DNA of 64,000 nt, taken from the NCBI GenBank assembly GCA_902798385.1, contig CADBWK010000008.1, positions 13,723 through 77,722 of the forward strand, given 5' to 3'. Source of the stretch: an uncultured Bacteroidales bacterium (GTDB lineage: Bacteria > Bacteroidota > Bacteroidia > Bacteroidales > Paludibacteraceae). Positions within the stretch are counted from its first letter, which is position 1. Each line of letters begins with the position of its first letter. Below are positions 8,595 through 19,000 of the stretch, piece after piece. The notes beneath the pieces are model-generated. The model did not search any database. It saw nothing but the letters and a program-made list of their open reading frames with translations, and was not told where the DNA came from. A program made the position numbers and the translations under genes.

Positions 8595-8611
8595 TATTTA
8601 TCGTACCTTTG
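8580..8611 (+). promoter_or_regulatory. Promoter for ftsK (-7 box TAccTTTG at 8604-8611)
   Basis: There is a perfect TAnnTTTG 20 nt upstream of the ATG at 8631. The -33 region lies inside the AATTTTC heptamer array. Confidence 0.65.
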
Positions 8612-8630
8612 CACGCTAATTTGTGTTATT

Positions 8631-11135
8631 ATGCCCAGAACTGTATCAAAATCAAGACAGATTGCGGAAGATCAACCTCGGGAGCGAGCTATTCGGGTAG
8701 AAAAGGGGAATCTTTGGGAGTCGTTGAAACGCTTTTTCATGGCGCGGGAGACGCGCATGGTGATAGGAATACTGCTGTTGCTTTTTTCGGTGATAGCCTT
8801 GTTGTCGTACGTGAGTTATCTCTTCACGGGCACGGCCGATCAGGATATCTTGTCCTTGAGTCACGCAGAGCGAGTGGCGAATCGCACAGCGATACGCAAC
8901 ATGCTCGGTTTGCCGGGTGCCAAGTTGGCGCAGTTCATGATCGACGGCAGTTTCGGTTTTGTATCCATTCTGCTGGTGTTTATGCTGGCGATCTATGCGC
9001 TGCGCATGATGCATGTGCTGAAGGACATCCGCGGAGTGTTGCTTTTCTGTGGCGGTTCTTTCTGGGTGCTCTGGGGTTCGGTTGTACTCGGTTTTGCACA
9101 TAATATGGTACATCAGTTGGGCGTCTTTCATTGGGGCGGTGCCTTTGGCGACGCGGCGTCCGGATGGCTCGTCAGTTATGTGAATACGACCGGTGCAATC
9201 CTGATTTTGGTGGCACTGCTCGTTATCTTCCTGATCGTCACTGACCCGCGCTTCATCGATCGTTGCAAGGCTTTTGGCGCTTGGGTAGCTGGGCTCTTCA
9301 AGAGAAAACCGAAGGAGTCTAAGACTTCTAGTGAACCTACTGATGAACTCACGATCGAAATTCCGGTGGAGCCGGAGATACCGGAAGAGCCGGAGACGCC
9401 CTCCGACGAAGTTACCTTCACTATCGAACCGGTCACGGAGGAAGCTCCGGAAGAACTGCCCGAAGAGCCTCTTGGCGACGAGCCTCTTCCTGTCGATGAA
9501 CCGGAGGCCGAACTGGAGATCGAGGATATTCAGGAGGACGAGCTCTATACCAAAGATCCGGACAAACTGCTGGAGAAACTCGGACCCTACGATCCCCGCA
9601 AAGATCTGGAGTTCTTTAAGTTCCCGAGTCTGAACCTGCTGAAGGTCTATGACAACGAAGCAGCGCCGGTGATCGATGAAGAGGAACAGCGCGCGAATGG
9701 CGCACGCATCGTCACGACCCTGCGTAACTATGGCATAGAAATTGATAGCATCAAAGCAACGGTCGGACCGACCGTCACGCTCTATGAAATAGTGCCGAAA
9801 GCCGGTATTCGCGTAGCGAAGATCCAAGCCCTCGAGAACGATATCATGATGTCCCTCTCCGCCACGGGTATTCGTATCATCGCGCCGATGCCGGGTAAGG
9901 GAACGATCGGTATTGAGGTGCCGAACGAGAAGCCGCAAGTCGTCTCCATGCACTCGGTCATCGCGTCCAAACGCTTCCAGGAAGAGCAGAAGATGAAACT
10001 GCCTATCGCGTATGGTCGTACGATCACCAACGAGGTGTTTATGTTCGATCTCGCCAAGACCCCGCACTTGCTCGTAGCCGGTGCAACCGGAACAGGTAAG
10101 TCCGTAGCGATCAACGCCATCATCACCTCGCTGCTCTACAAGAAACATCCGGCGGAGTTGAAGCTTGTCATGGTCGATCCGAAAATGGTCGAGTTCGCGC
10201 CGTACAAGCCGCTCTTGAAGCATTACTTGGCGGCGATGCCGGACACCGATCCCGAGCAGATTGTCATCACCGAGTGCGACCGCGTCATCAACACGCTCAA
10301 CTCGCTCGTCATCGAGATGGAGAACCGCTACAAACTGCTGATGGACGCCGGTGTGCGCAACCTCGAGGACTACAACGATAAGTTCGTTCGTCGTCGCCTG
10401 AATCCGAATAAACTCGTGGCGGACAGCCTGCATCACCAGTACCTGCCCTATATCGTCATCATCATCGATGAGTACGGCGATTTCATCATGCAGGCCGGCA
10501 AACAGGTGGAGACACCGATCGCCCGTATCACGCAGAAAGCGCGTGCGGTCGGAATGCACATGATCCTGGCGACCCAACGTCCGTCCGTTAACATTGTTAC
10601 CGGTGTCATCAAGGCCAATATCCCGACCCGTATCGCCTTGCGCACGCAGTCTGTCATCGATAGCCGTACTGTCCTCGATGCCAAGGGAGCTGAGCAGCTG
10701 ATCGGTCGTGGCGATTCGCTCTATGCCGGCAACGCCTCGATCACCCGTGTACAGTGTGCGTTTGTCGATACGCCGGAGGTGGATGAGATCGTGAAGCATA
10801 TTGCCAAACAGCAGCGTTATACCGAGCCGTATCAGTTGCCGGAGTATGTCGGTGAAGGTGGTGAAGGCGAGGCTCTCGCACCGGGATCTGTCGATATGAA
10901 ACGACTCGATCCGATGTTCGCCGACGTAGCCCGTTACGTAGTAACGAAACAGGAAGGTTCGACCTCGCGTCTGCAGCGTGCCTTCGAGATCGGTTATAAC
11001 CGCGCCGGTAAACTCTCCGACCAACTCGAGGCCGCCGGTATCGTTGGACCGAACAAAGGACCGAAGGGACGTGACGTCCTCATCACGGATTTGGACCAGC
11101 TCGATAAATTATTGGAGGAACTTGGTGTGAAATGA
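8631..11135 (+). CDS. ftsK: DNA translocase FtsK
   Basis: 834 aa from the ATG at 8631. It has N-terminal TM helices, an acidic/Pro-rich linker, a motor domain with Walker A GATGTGKS, and a gamma-like winged helix (STSRLQRAFEIGYNRAGKLSDQLEAAGIVG). Confidence 0.93.
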   Translation: MPRTVSKSRQIAEDQPRERAIRVEKGNLWESLKRFFMARETRMVIGILLLLFSVIALLSYVSYLFTGTADQDILSLSHAERVANRTAIRNMLGLPGAKLAQFMIDGSFGFVSILLVFMLAIYALRMMHVLKDIRGVLLFCGGSFWVLWGSVVLGFAHNMVHQLGVFHWGGAFGDAASGWLVSYVNTTGAILILVALLVIFLIVTDPRFIDRCKAFGAWVAGLFKRKPKESKTSSEPTDELTIEIPVEPEIPEEPETPSDEVTFTIEPVTEEAPEELPEEPLGDEPLPVDEPEAELEIEDIQEDELYTKDPDKLLEKLGPYDPRKDLEFFKFPSLNLLKVYDNEAAPVIDEEEQRANGARIVTTLRNYGIEIDSIKATVGPTVTLYEIVPKAGIRVAKIQALENDIMMSLSATGIRIIAPMPGKGTIGIEVPNEKPQVVSMHSVIASKRFQEEQKMKLPIAYGRTITNEVFMFDLAKTPHLLVAGATGTGKSVAINAIITSLLYKKHPAELKLVMVDPKMVEFAPYKPLLKHYLAAMPDTDPEQIVITECDRVINTLNSLVIEMENRYKLLMDAGVRNLEDYNDKFVRRRLNPNKLVADSLHHQYLPYIVIIIDEYGDFIMQAGKQVETPIARITQKARAVGMHMILATQRPSVNIVTGVIKANIPTRIALRTQSVIDSRTVLDAKGAEQLIGRGDSLYAGNASITRVQCAFVDTPEVDEIVKHIAKQQRYTEPYQLPEYVGEGGEGEALAPGSVDMKRLDPMFADVARYVVTKQEGSTSRLQRAFEIGYNRAGKLSDQLEAAGIVGPNKGPKGRDVLITDLDQLDKLLEELGVK

Positions 11136-11190
11136 GTCAAAAAAACGACGGTCGAACGACGGTCAAACGACGGTCAAGCGACAGTCAAAC
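11136..11190. repeat. Tandem 11-mer array (GGTCAAACGAC)x5 just after the ftsK stop
   Basis: The sequence is gtcaaaaaaacgac ggtcgaacgac ggtcaaacgac ggtcaagcgac agtcaaac. Confidence 0.9.
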
Positions 11191-11232
11191 CTAAGATGAG
11201 GCTTAGAACAGAACAATAACAAGGCAGCAAAA

Positions 11233-11802
11233 ATGACGTTTTTACTAACCATAGTAGCCATCTTGAGTTCGTTTTTGACGAACCTGGAGACGAAAACCCT
11301 TCAATCGGACTTCACCATCACGGTGGCCGAAGAAGTCAATGCGCCGATGAACTATCCCGGCTCATTAACCATGCATGGTCAGTTGTTCCGGCTCTCGATG
11401 TTTAATATCGAGGCGGCGTACGATGGCAAAACGATGTACATGTACTCGCCCGAGACCGATGAACTGACGCTGACCAACCCTACCGAACAGGAGTTGTTGG
11501 AATCCAATCCGCTGCTGTACGCCAAAGCCATCGTGCCGGTTTGTAACGTGACGGAGAGAACCATAACCGGTAACCCGTCACCCGTAACCCTTATTACCCT
11601 TACGCCAAAGGATCAATCCATCGGTATCAACCGCTTCACGCTCCGTGTGCGAAACAGCGACCTGATGCCCCTGCAGGTCGAACTCAAAGAGGGTAAGAAA
11701 AATACCACGCTGAAGTTCAAAGACCCTAAGTTTGTAAACGAGAAACAGAAATACGAGATCATCCCCGAAAAGGATACATTCATCAACGATATGCGCCTCT
11801 AG
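11233..11802 (+). CDS. lolA: LolA-like outer-membrane lipoprotein carrier family protein
   Basis: 189 aa with a hydrophobic N-terminus. It sits immediately downstream of ftsK, the classical ftsK-lolA synteny. The family call rests mainly on size and synteny. Confidence 0.55.
   Translation: MTFLLTIVAILSSFLTNLETKTLQSDFTITVAEEVNAPMNYPGSLTMHGQLFRLSMFNIEAAYDGKTMYMYSPETDELTLTNPTEQELLESNPLLYAKAIVPVCNVTERTITGNPSPVTLITLTPKDQSIGINRFTLRVRNSDLMPLQVELKEGKKNTTLKFKDPKFVNEKQKYEIIPEKDTFINDMRL
11561..11602 (+). repeat. In-frame heptamer array (CCnGTmA family) inside the lolA-like gene
   Basis: ccataaccggtaacccgtcacccgtaacccttattaccctta encodes ITGNPSPVTLITLT. Confidence 0.85.
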
Positions 11803-11836
11803 TATCCTAGTTTCCTAGTATCCTAGAGCCCTAGTA
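11799..11836. repeat. Octamer array (CCTAGTAT family) spanning the lolA-like stop and the spacer to trxB
   Basis: The sequence is ctagtatcctagtttcctagtatcctagagccctagta. Confidence 0.85.
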
Positions 11837-11848
11837 AAAAATAGAATT

Positions 11849-12829
11849 ATGAGAGTAAAATGTTTGATAATTGGCTCAGGCCCTGCCGGATATACAGCGG
11901 CTATTTACGCGAGTCGTGCTAATCTGGCGCCGGTACTGATCGAAGGTCCGCAACTTGGCGGACAGTTGACCACGACCACCGAAGTGGAGAATTTCCCCGG
12001 TTATCCGGATGGTGTCGAACCCTTCACGATGATGGACGACATGCGCCGTCAGGCCGAGCGTTTCGGTACGCAGTTTGTATCGGGTATTGTGACCAAAGTG
12101 GAGTTTGCCCCTAACCCCTCACCCCTAACCCCTCACCGGGTTTGGGTCGAAGACACAGACCTCTACGAAGCCGATGCAGTTATTATCGCCACCGGTGCCA
12201 GCGCCAAATACCTCGGTCTCGAGTCCGAGCGTACGTACCGCGGCCGCGGCGTGAGTGCGTGTGCGACCTGTGACGGTTTCTTCTACCGCAAGAAGACCGT
12301 AGCGGTTGTCGGCGGCGGTGACACGGCTTGTGAGGAAGCGAATTATTTGGCTGGATTATGCGAGAAGGTATATATGATCGTGCGCAAACCGTATCTTCGC
12401 GCATCTGCGGTGATGCAAGAGCGCGTATTGAACAATCCGAAGATCGAGGTGCTCTTTGAGCACAACACGCTGCAACTGACGGGTGAAGGTAAGGTACAAG
12501 GTGCCGATTTAATCTACCGCAAAGGCGAACCCGACGAGGAGCAACGTCATATTGCTATTGACGGTTTCTTCCTCGCCATCGGTCACCATCCGAATACCGA
12601 ACTCTTCAAGGATTACATCGCTCGTGATGCCGAGGGTTACATCATCACCCACGATAATAGCACGCAGTGCTACCAACCCGTAACCGGTAACCTGTCACCT
12701 GTAACCCCTCTCCCCGGTATTTTTGCCGCCGGTGACTGCGCCGATCCGCATTATCGTCAGGCGGTAGTAGCTGCAGGTTCCGGCGCCAAAGCCGCCATCG
12801 AGGCAGATAAGTATATCAAAAGTTTATAA
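11849..12829 (+). CDS. trxB: Thioredoxin-disulfide reductase
   Basis: 326 aa. FAD motif GSGPAGYTAA, redox-active CATC, NADPH motif GGGDTACEEA, and C-terminal FAAGDC. Confidence 0.95.
   Translation: MRVKCLIIGSGPAGYTAAIYASRANLAPVLIEGPQLGGQLTTTTEVENFPGYPDGVEPFTMMDDMRRQAERFGTQFVSGIVTKVEFAPNPSPLTPHRVWVEDTDLYEADAVIIATGASAKYLGLESERTYRGRGVSACATCDGFFYRKKTVAVVGGGDTACEEANYLAGLCEKVYMIVRKPYLRASAVMQERVLNNPKIEVLFEHNTLQLTGEGKVQGADLIYRKGEPDEEQRHIAIDGFFLAIGHHPNTELFKDYIARDAEGYIITHDNSTQCYQPVTGNLSPVTPLPGIFAAGDCADPHYRQAVVAAGSGAKAAIEADKYIKSL
12108..12137 (+). repeat. In-frame heptamer array (CCCCTAA/CCCCTCA)x4 inside trxB
   Basis: cccctaacccctcacccctaacccctcacc encodes APNPSPLTPH. Confidence 0.9.
12677..12710 (+). 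repeat. In-frame heptamer array (CCnGTmA family) inside trxB
   Basis: cccgtaaccggtaacctgtcacctgtaacccctc encodes PVTGNLSPVTPL, just before the FAAGDC motif. Confidence 0.9.
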
Positions 12830-12860
12830 AAAGATTACTATTTTTAATAAATTATGCAAG

Positions 12861-12886
12861 AAACGGCCCAAAAGGTCGTTTTTTGT
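12861..12886 (+). terminator. Rho-independent terminator after trxB
   Basis: Stem AAACGGCC / GGTCGTTT (one G-U pair), loop CAAAA, followed by a T-run. Confidence 0.65.
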
Positions 12887-12925
12887 TGTATTTTGCAATG
12901 TAGATGTTGCGAAATGCAAAATTTT

Positions 12926-12957
12926 CTTGCGCATGTGAGAAAAAAGCAGTACTTTTG
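12926..12957 (+). promoter_or_regulatory. Promoter for giant gene G1
   Basis: CTTGCGCATGTGAGAAAAAAGCAGTACTTTTG has the TTG/-7 TActTTTG architecture. The leader to the ATG at 13062 is about 100 nt. Confidence 0.7.
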
Positions 12958-13061
12958 CGGCGAATTTTGAAAAAAGTCCACAAACTTGCTGTGGCACGAC
13001 TCTTATAATACCGAATTATGAGAGTACAATTTTTATATTTTTGATGATTTAAGGTACGATT

Positions 13062-16000
13062 ATGAAGACTAATAATTATTATATAAGGAGTCTGTTTATA
13101 GCGCTAATCGCTACGTTCGGTGTATCATTATTTGTACTTGCTGAAGGAGAAAAATCAGCCCCGGGTGGTTGGTATGACGATCCGGTTGTGTCGGTAGCAT
13201 GGAAAGACTATGTTACTTTCTCTACTGTGTATAACGGCAAGCGTTACTACCTTGGCGTGGACACCGTGGCTGCGAAAGCTACGCCAACTCCGGAATATAA
13301 GATCATGGCCTATAACGAGCCTAATTACGCAACGATGTGGATTGCCGGTCGTTTGTGGAGTTCGACGGGCGGCGAGCTGACCAACAAGGACTACACCCGT
13401 ACGATTCAAAGCGTTTGGACGCAAGAACGCTTACCGGGAAAGGATACACTCTATCTGGCTTTAGGTGATCCTGAGATTGCCGGTCAGCCCTATAACACTT
13501 TAATCCTCAGTTCTATCGGTACGATGTGGCATACGGCGAAGGATATCTACGCCACCGGTCGGTATATTCAGGGTTACATGTATTTCTATACCGAAGAGAG
13601 CGGTGTAGATAAATACCGTTACCTGACGTACGACCCGTTATATGAATTTGATCGTTTATTTGAGGCCCGTCCGTCGGAGTCGCAGCGTATATCGGTATGG
13701 GATCGCAAGACTGGCGATGACTTGGTGTTCAAAACCAATCCGACTTCTTATACCTTTGGACTGAAAACGAGCGCTGATACCACAAAGATTCGTTTTTCTT
13801 CTCAGGTGTCTTATTACCCGCATGTGGATCGTTTCCGTAGCCGCTATGCGCGTGTGGATGTCTATACGTTTGAACCGACAGTGATTGATAACCAGGAAAC
13901 GCTATTGGAAAAGCCTTATAGTATGGGCGGTCATTATGAGTGGAAATCCAACCCGCGTGGAGAAGGCGCTTACAACGGCCAGTCTCACATGAAGATGTAC
14001 TTGTGGACGGGGGAAATGTCGGCAGGTAGTCCGGTGATGGAATGGCGTGACTCCACCTTGTTATGGGTGAGCGATACGAAGAATCAACTGATTGATAACG
14101 AATGGGTTGATACCATCTTCGTTATCGGTAAGTCTCCATTTGATCGTCCTTCATGCCGCGTATTACGCAAAACAGGGGATGGTGCTCCGGCGGAAGGCGA
14201 TTATTTAGACCACGTCGATTGGTTATATGTGCATTTGCGCATCAATGGCAAATGGTATAAGGATTCCATCCAGTTGACGCGCGAGACTTTCCATGTGCGT
14301 TATGCTACTACCCTTACTATGGACGAAAGTCCGGGTGGATGGGAGTTCCCGTATTTCTATGATGGAAAGAAAGCGGATGGTACAACGCCTATTGGTACCG
14401 AAGGCACCAAAGATTTTGATATCAAAGCCCTCTACAGTGTAACGGTAGATACATTGCATTATAATGGCGCTTACGAGACAGGTGGTGTTTTGGAGGAGCA
14501 AACGCTGGATCTAACGGCACAAACGCCTCAAGAAATATCGAGCGTCAAATATAATGAGTTAATAGTCAACGCGTACGAGCCGGGTACAACTACCACGTGC
14601 TCGTGGTTGACTGCATCTACACCGGATAAGAAAACGGTACGCCTTGTGGCGAATGAGTACAATCCCTCTGCGACTGTAGATCGTATCGCCGAAGTACATT
14701 ATACCTATCGTTATCTGCACTCTACGCAGGAAGGTGACTGGTCGGAAGTGACGCGTATCATCTGGGTTTCACAGTTATGGAAGAGTTCCGGTGTGGCGGG
14801 CCTGTATGCTTTCAGTCATAAGCCGACAGCAGAAGAACTACAAGAGGTATATGAAAAAGACTATACCATCTATGCCATTCCGGATCAGAGTCTGCCATTA
14901 CCGCTCCATCGTGATCACTGGGGCTACTACCGTTGGTTCATCTATGAAGGTGATTACAAGGATCGAGACTTGGAGCATGACGACACCTGGGATTTTGGAT
15001 TGAATGCACCGACCAATGTGCGAAACCAGAACTTCATGCCTATTAACTACGCTACCTCTGCTGCTTCGCGTGGGCGTTGGGATGTTATTCGGGATATCAA
15101 TGCGGGTAATACAGAGTTCGAACCGGCTGCCGACAAAGAGCACTTTGAGGTGGGAAAACGAACGAAGATCCCATCCGTATATTATCCGAAGAGTATTACA
15201 AAGAATGGTAAGGTAGCATGCGACGTCAGTGCCTATTATGACATTCAAACTACCGGTTCTTCCAGTCCGGCATATGTGAAGCAGAACCTGACATCTCTGA
15301 CCGAGCCGACGCTGAGTTACCGTAATGTGTACAATATCCGTCCGGCAAAAGAACAAGCCGATAAATTGGCTACGTATAAAGGCAATGGTAGTGGTGCTAA
15401 TTGGATGGAGGAGCATACGGTCATTGTGCCGGCAGGACGTGAGTTTTCTTTGCAGCAGCTATATCCTGTGCAAAAAGGTGATGCTTCGATTGACACGGTG
15501 CATCTCCAGTATATCTATTATGCCAATCCGACACAAACGGATGCTAAAATCGGTACACGTGATGGTTTGACGGATAAACAACTGGAGGAGAATGACTATT
15601 ATGCTCGTATCGGTAAAGAAAAAACAATCGAGGAGAAGTATGTGCTAACGCTACGCACAGCTTCAGAGTTGCGCGGCATGACCAACGGTACCTCCAAAAC
15701 CATCATCCTTGTTAACCCACGAAACAATACAGGATATATTTTAGGAAAAGGAGCAAGACAGATTCCTGTCGCACTTCCTATCCCTAATGGGGCAACTACT
15801 AAAGCTGCTTTCAAAGATTCGCTAGAGAAGAAATTAAATGACGGAGGTACCTATGATTCGTATTTTATTACTATCAAACAAAACAAACGTTCGGGAGATT
15901 CTTATCATAATTTCTTATTTGGCGATTTCACACTCTATAATCTATACACAAGTAGTGCCGGAGAAGGAGAGCATAGAACGCAAAATATCCGTTGGTATGA

Positions 16001-19000
16001 CGGATGGGCTACCGGTAGTGAGGAATTCCGAATCGATGCTTACCCCGATGGTGGCAGTAAAGCAGATATGCCGGCTGGTTTTAGTTCGGGTGATTTAATT
16101 ACCATATGGACTACTCGCTGGGGATACACCGGTTATTTAGCTTCCGGTCAGTGGTCTGGTGGTACGTTTGACTATCGTATTTACAGACAAAGTAATAATA
16201 ATACTGCCTATCAAGCTTGGCTTATTTATGAAGTATCTAAAACAACAGCGCGTACCTATAACGAGACCCCGCGATGGGAGAAGTACAATGGCAGTACCAG
16301 TAAATGGGAGGAAGTGGAACGCGCATCAGACGAAGACCCTGATGGTTATACCATGCTGGCCGATGGTTCGCTGGCTTTTGATGATAATGTGCACAGAGCA
16401 GCAAATGAGACCATTCAGTACCGTCTGCGTACGGAGCATTTTCAACTTGCGAAGTTTACCGTCGTAACGCGTAACCCGAACTCTGAAGGTCCGCGTAACG
16501 ATGAGGCTATCATATCCGAAGAAGATATACAGAGTAACTACGAGACCTTGTTTACCCTTGGCCTTGAGAACTTTCCTGCACCTGCTTCGGATGAAGTTAC
16601 GGCTTATTACCACAAGTTGCCGTGGAATACGACGGAGTTGAGTTACCACTACCCTGTCGGAGATGAAGAGAACCAAATACCGGCAAACCGTCGCGTGGAT
16701 GGAACGTCTATGCTGCCGATGAAAGGTGAGTACTGCTTCCTTAATAAGTTCGTTGATCCGACCAACCCGAGTCATATCATCTCGGCGCGCGATAACTACT
16801 TCCTGTGCATCCAAGCGGCAGAGAAACCGACTACAATCTTCAATTTTGTCTATCCGGGTTTGACCTGTTCCAACCAACAGGTATTCCTTGGTTTCGATCT
16901 CTGTAATCCGGTGGACAATAGTTACGAGCCGCAGATTACCGCAGAACTGCAGGGTACGAAAGATGGGGGCTCAACATGGACTGCTATCTATCGCTTCAAG
17001 ACCGGTGAGATTAAGTGTAACCGTGATGGTAATCCTACACATGATTGGTGGCAAACGATATTGCCGATTGACCGTAAGTTGGTATCGGACTATGATTATT
17101 TCCGCTGTACGGCATCCCTTACCGGCACAACAGAAAGTAATGCATATATACTCATTGATCGTATGCGTTTTATCGAGCGCTCACGTTCCTTCTCTGTCTT
17201 CCAGAATAAATCCACCTGTATTAGGGACGACTCTGTGTATGTACAGGCGCGTATTGATTACACTGCGGATACTGCGCTCTATAAGACAGGCAAACTGGTG
17301 GCATACCAATTCCAAAGATGGGATAACACTGCTAACAGCGGAGCCGGAGGCTACGTGCCGGTATTGGCAAGTAAGACGACCGATGGAGGTGTGACCTATA
17401 CGCAGTTAACCAATGAGACTACGCCGAAGGCACAAATCTTCCCGGGGTATATCAAGGATGCCTTCACGGCCACAGAGTCCGTAACAAAGACATTTTTGAA
17501 GTCCACCATGGGCAATGACTACGGCTATGTGCTTATTCCGGAGCGAACCTATAACCCGGATAAGAGTGACGATCCTTCCAAGACCTCTACTGAACGCGGT
17601 AAACTTATAGACCGTGCGCTTGAATTACTGGAGATAACCGGAGATCCAGCAGCTACTCGCAAGGCTGCGTTCCTCAATGAGACCGGCAACGTCAAGACGC
17701 GTGATGAGGTGACCAGCCAGAGTAATATCGATTTCGGTACGTACTCCACACCGCATATCAAGTCGTTCGTGAACGAAGGTACGGATTTGGCTCCGCATTG
17801 GGTTATCTACCTCAATACCCGTTTACCGATTAGCGCAACAGATAACCGCACCTTCCGTATCGCAATGACCATCATGAATAGCGTCGATGATAAACCGACC
17901 TTCGCTGATGAGAGCTGTGCTACTTTCCGTGTGATCAACATCAAGCAAGCAGCCGAATTGCAAGTGGATGGCACAACCTGGACAAACCATACCCGTGCAG
18001 AGATTGAGGCGGATGATGCCTCCGGCGATGCACTCAAACTGCTGGAAGCCAACGAGACCTATCGCGCTTCGATACACTTGAATCTGCCATCTCCGCTGGC
18101 CGGACATGCTGTGTTGAATACGATCTGTAAGTTCGATCTCATGCATGCGCACGACAGCGTGCGGGATAGAACGGATGATGATGCCAACTTGGCATTCGAG
18201 CGCCGCTACGGTTGTACGCGTGCTGAGTTCTCTGATGCAATGGAGACCTTCCGTTCGAACGACCCGGACAACCCCATTCGTGAGCAATACGACTGGCGTA
18301 AGGTGCGCCCGATTGATTTCGCTTGGTCTCAGGCAGATCCGACAGTATTGACACCTCGTGCCCGTCGCAAATACGATGTGATTAACAAACTTATCACGGA
18401 TGGTGTGTTGGAGCTTGGTCTGGACTATCGTGATATCTACATGGGCGATAAGATGGATAGCTATTTCTATCTTATGCCGGTGCCTGCCAGTGGTTGGTTT
18501 ACTTGGGATGATGCTGGCCCATCCGGTCAGGATACGCTTGTACATGCTACAATCTGTAATGATACGATCTGGTTGGAGTTGCACTCTAAGGAACCGCTCG
18601 CTAAGTTGCGTTTCGGTTACGATAGCCGTGTGGGTGATACGTATATTGTACCTGTGATCCGTGCGTCGAAGACCGATGCGAATGAGCACCTAAAAGTGCG
18701 TATATCGGATATTACCCATACGGCATCCTCCGGTGCGGTCATCGGTTGGGACTCTACCTATATCGTGGATAGTAACGACCCCGACTGGTTAGCCGGAGGT
18801 ATATCTTTCCGTTACCACCAGGATCGTATCGTTCAGGAGCGCATCTTTGATGAGTACTATAAAGTACCGACCTCCGGAACAAAAGAAGAGAAAGAGGCCG
18901 ATGCCCATCGTTATGTGATCTTCCGCCCGGTAACAAGCGCCTATATCGATACGCTGAAGATGACCGATTGCCCGTGCTATGACTACCATGCCAATAAGAC

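Noticed and set aside
8541-8630. Upstream extension of ftsK (track start 8541)
   Set aside because: The extension would translate the AATTTTC repeat and the -7 promoter box (8604-8611). The ATG at 8631 sits at the canonical distance from the promoter.
9330-9560. Acidic/Pro-rich low-complexity region in ftsK as a repeat element
   Set aside because: It is the ordinary FtsK linker between the membrane and motor domains. There is amino-acid bias without nucleotide-level tandem periodicity.
8652-11024. 790-aa ORF antisense to ftsK
   Set aside because: It is a shadow frame of a strongly supported gene. The product is Arg/His/Asp/Val-rich and low-complexity with no motifs. Long antisense ORFs are expected when the sense strand avoids TTA/CTA/TCA codons.
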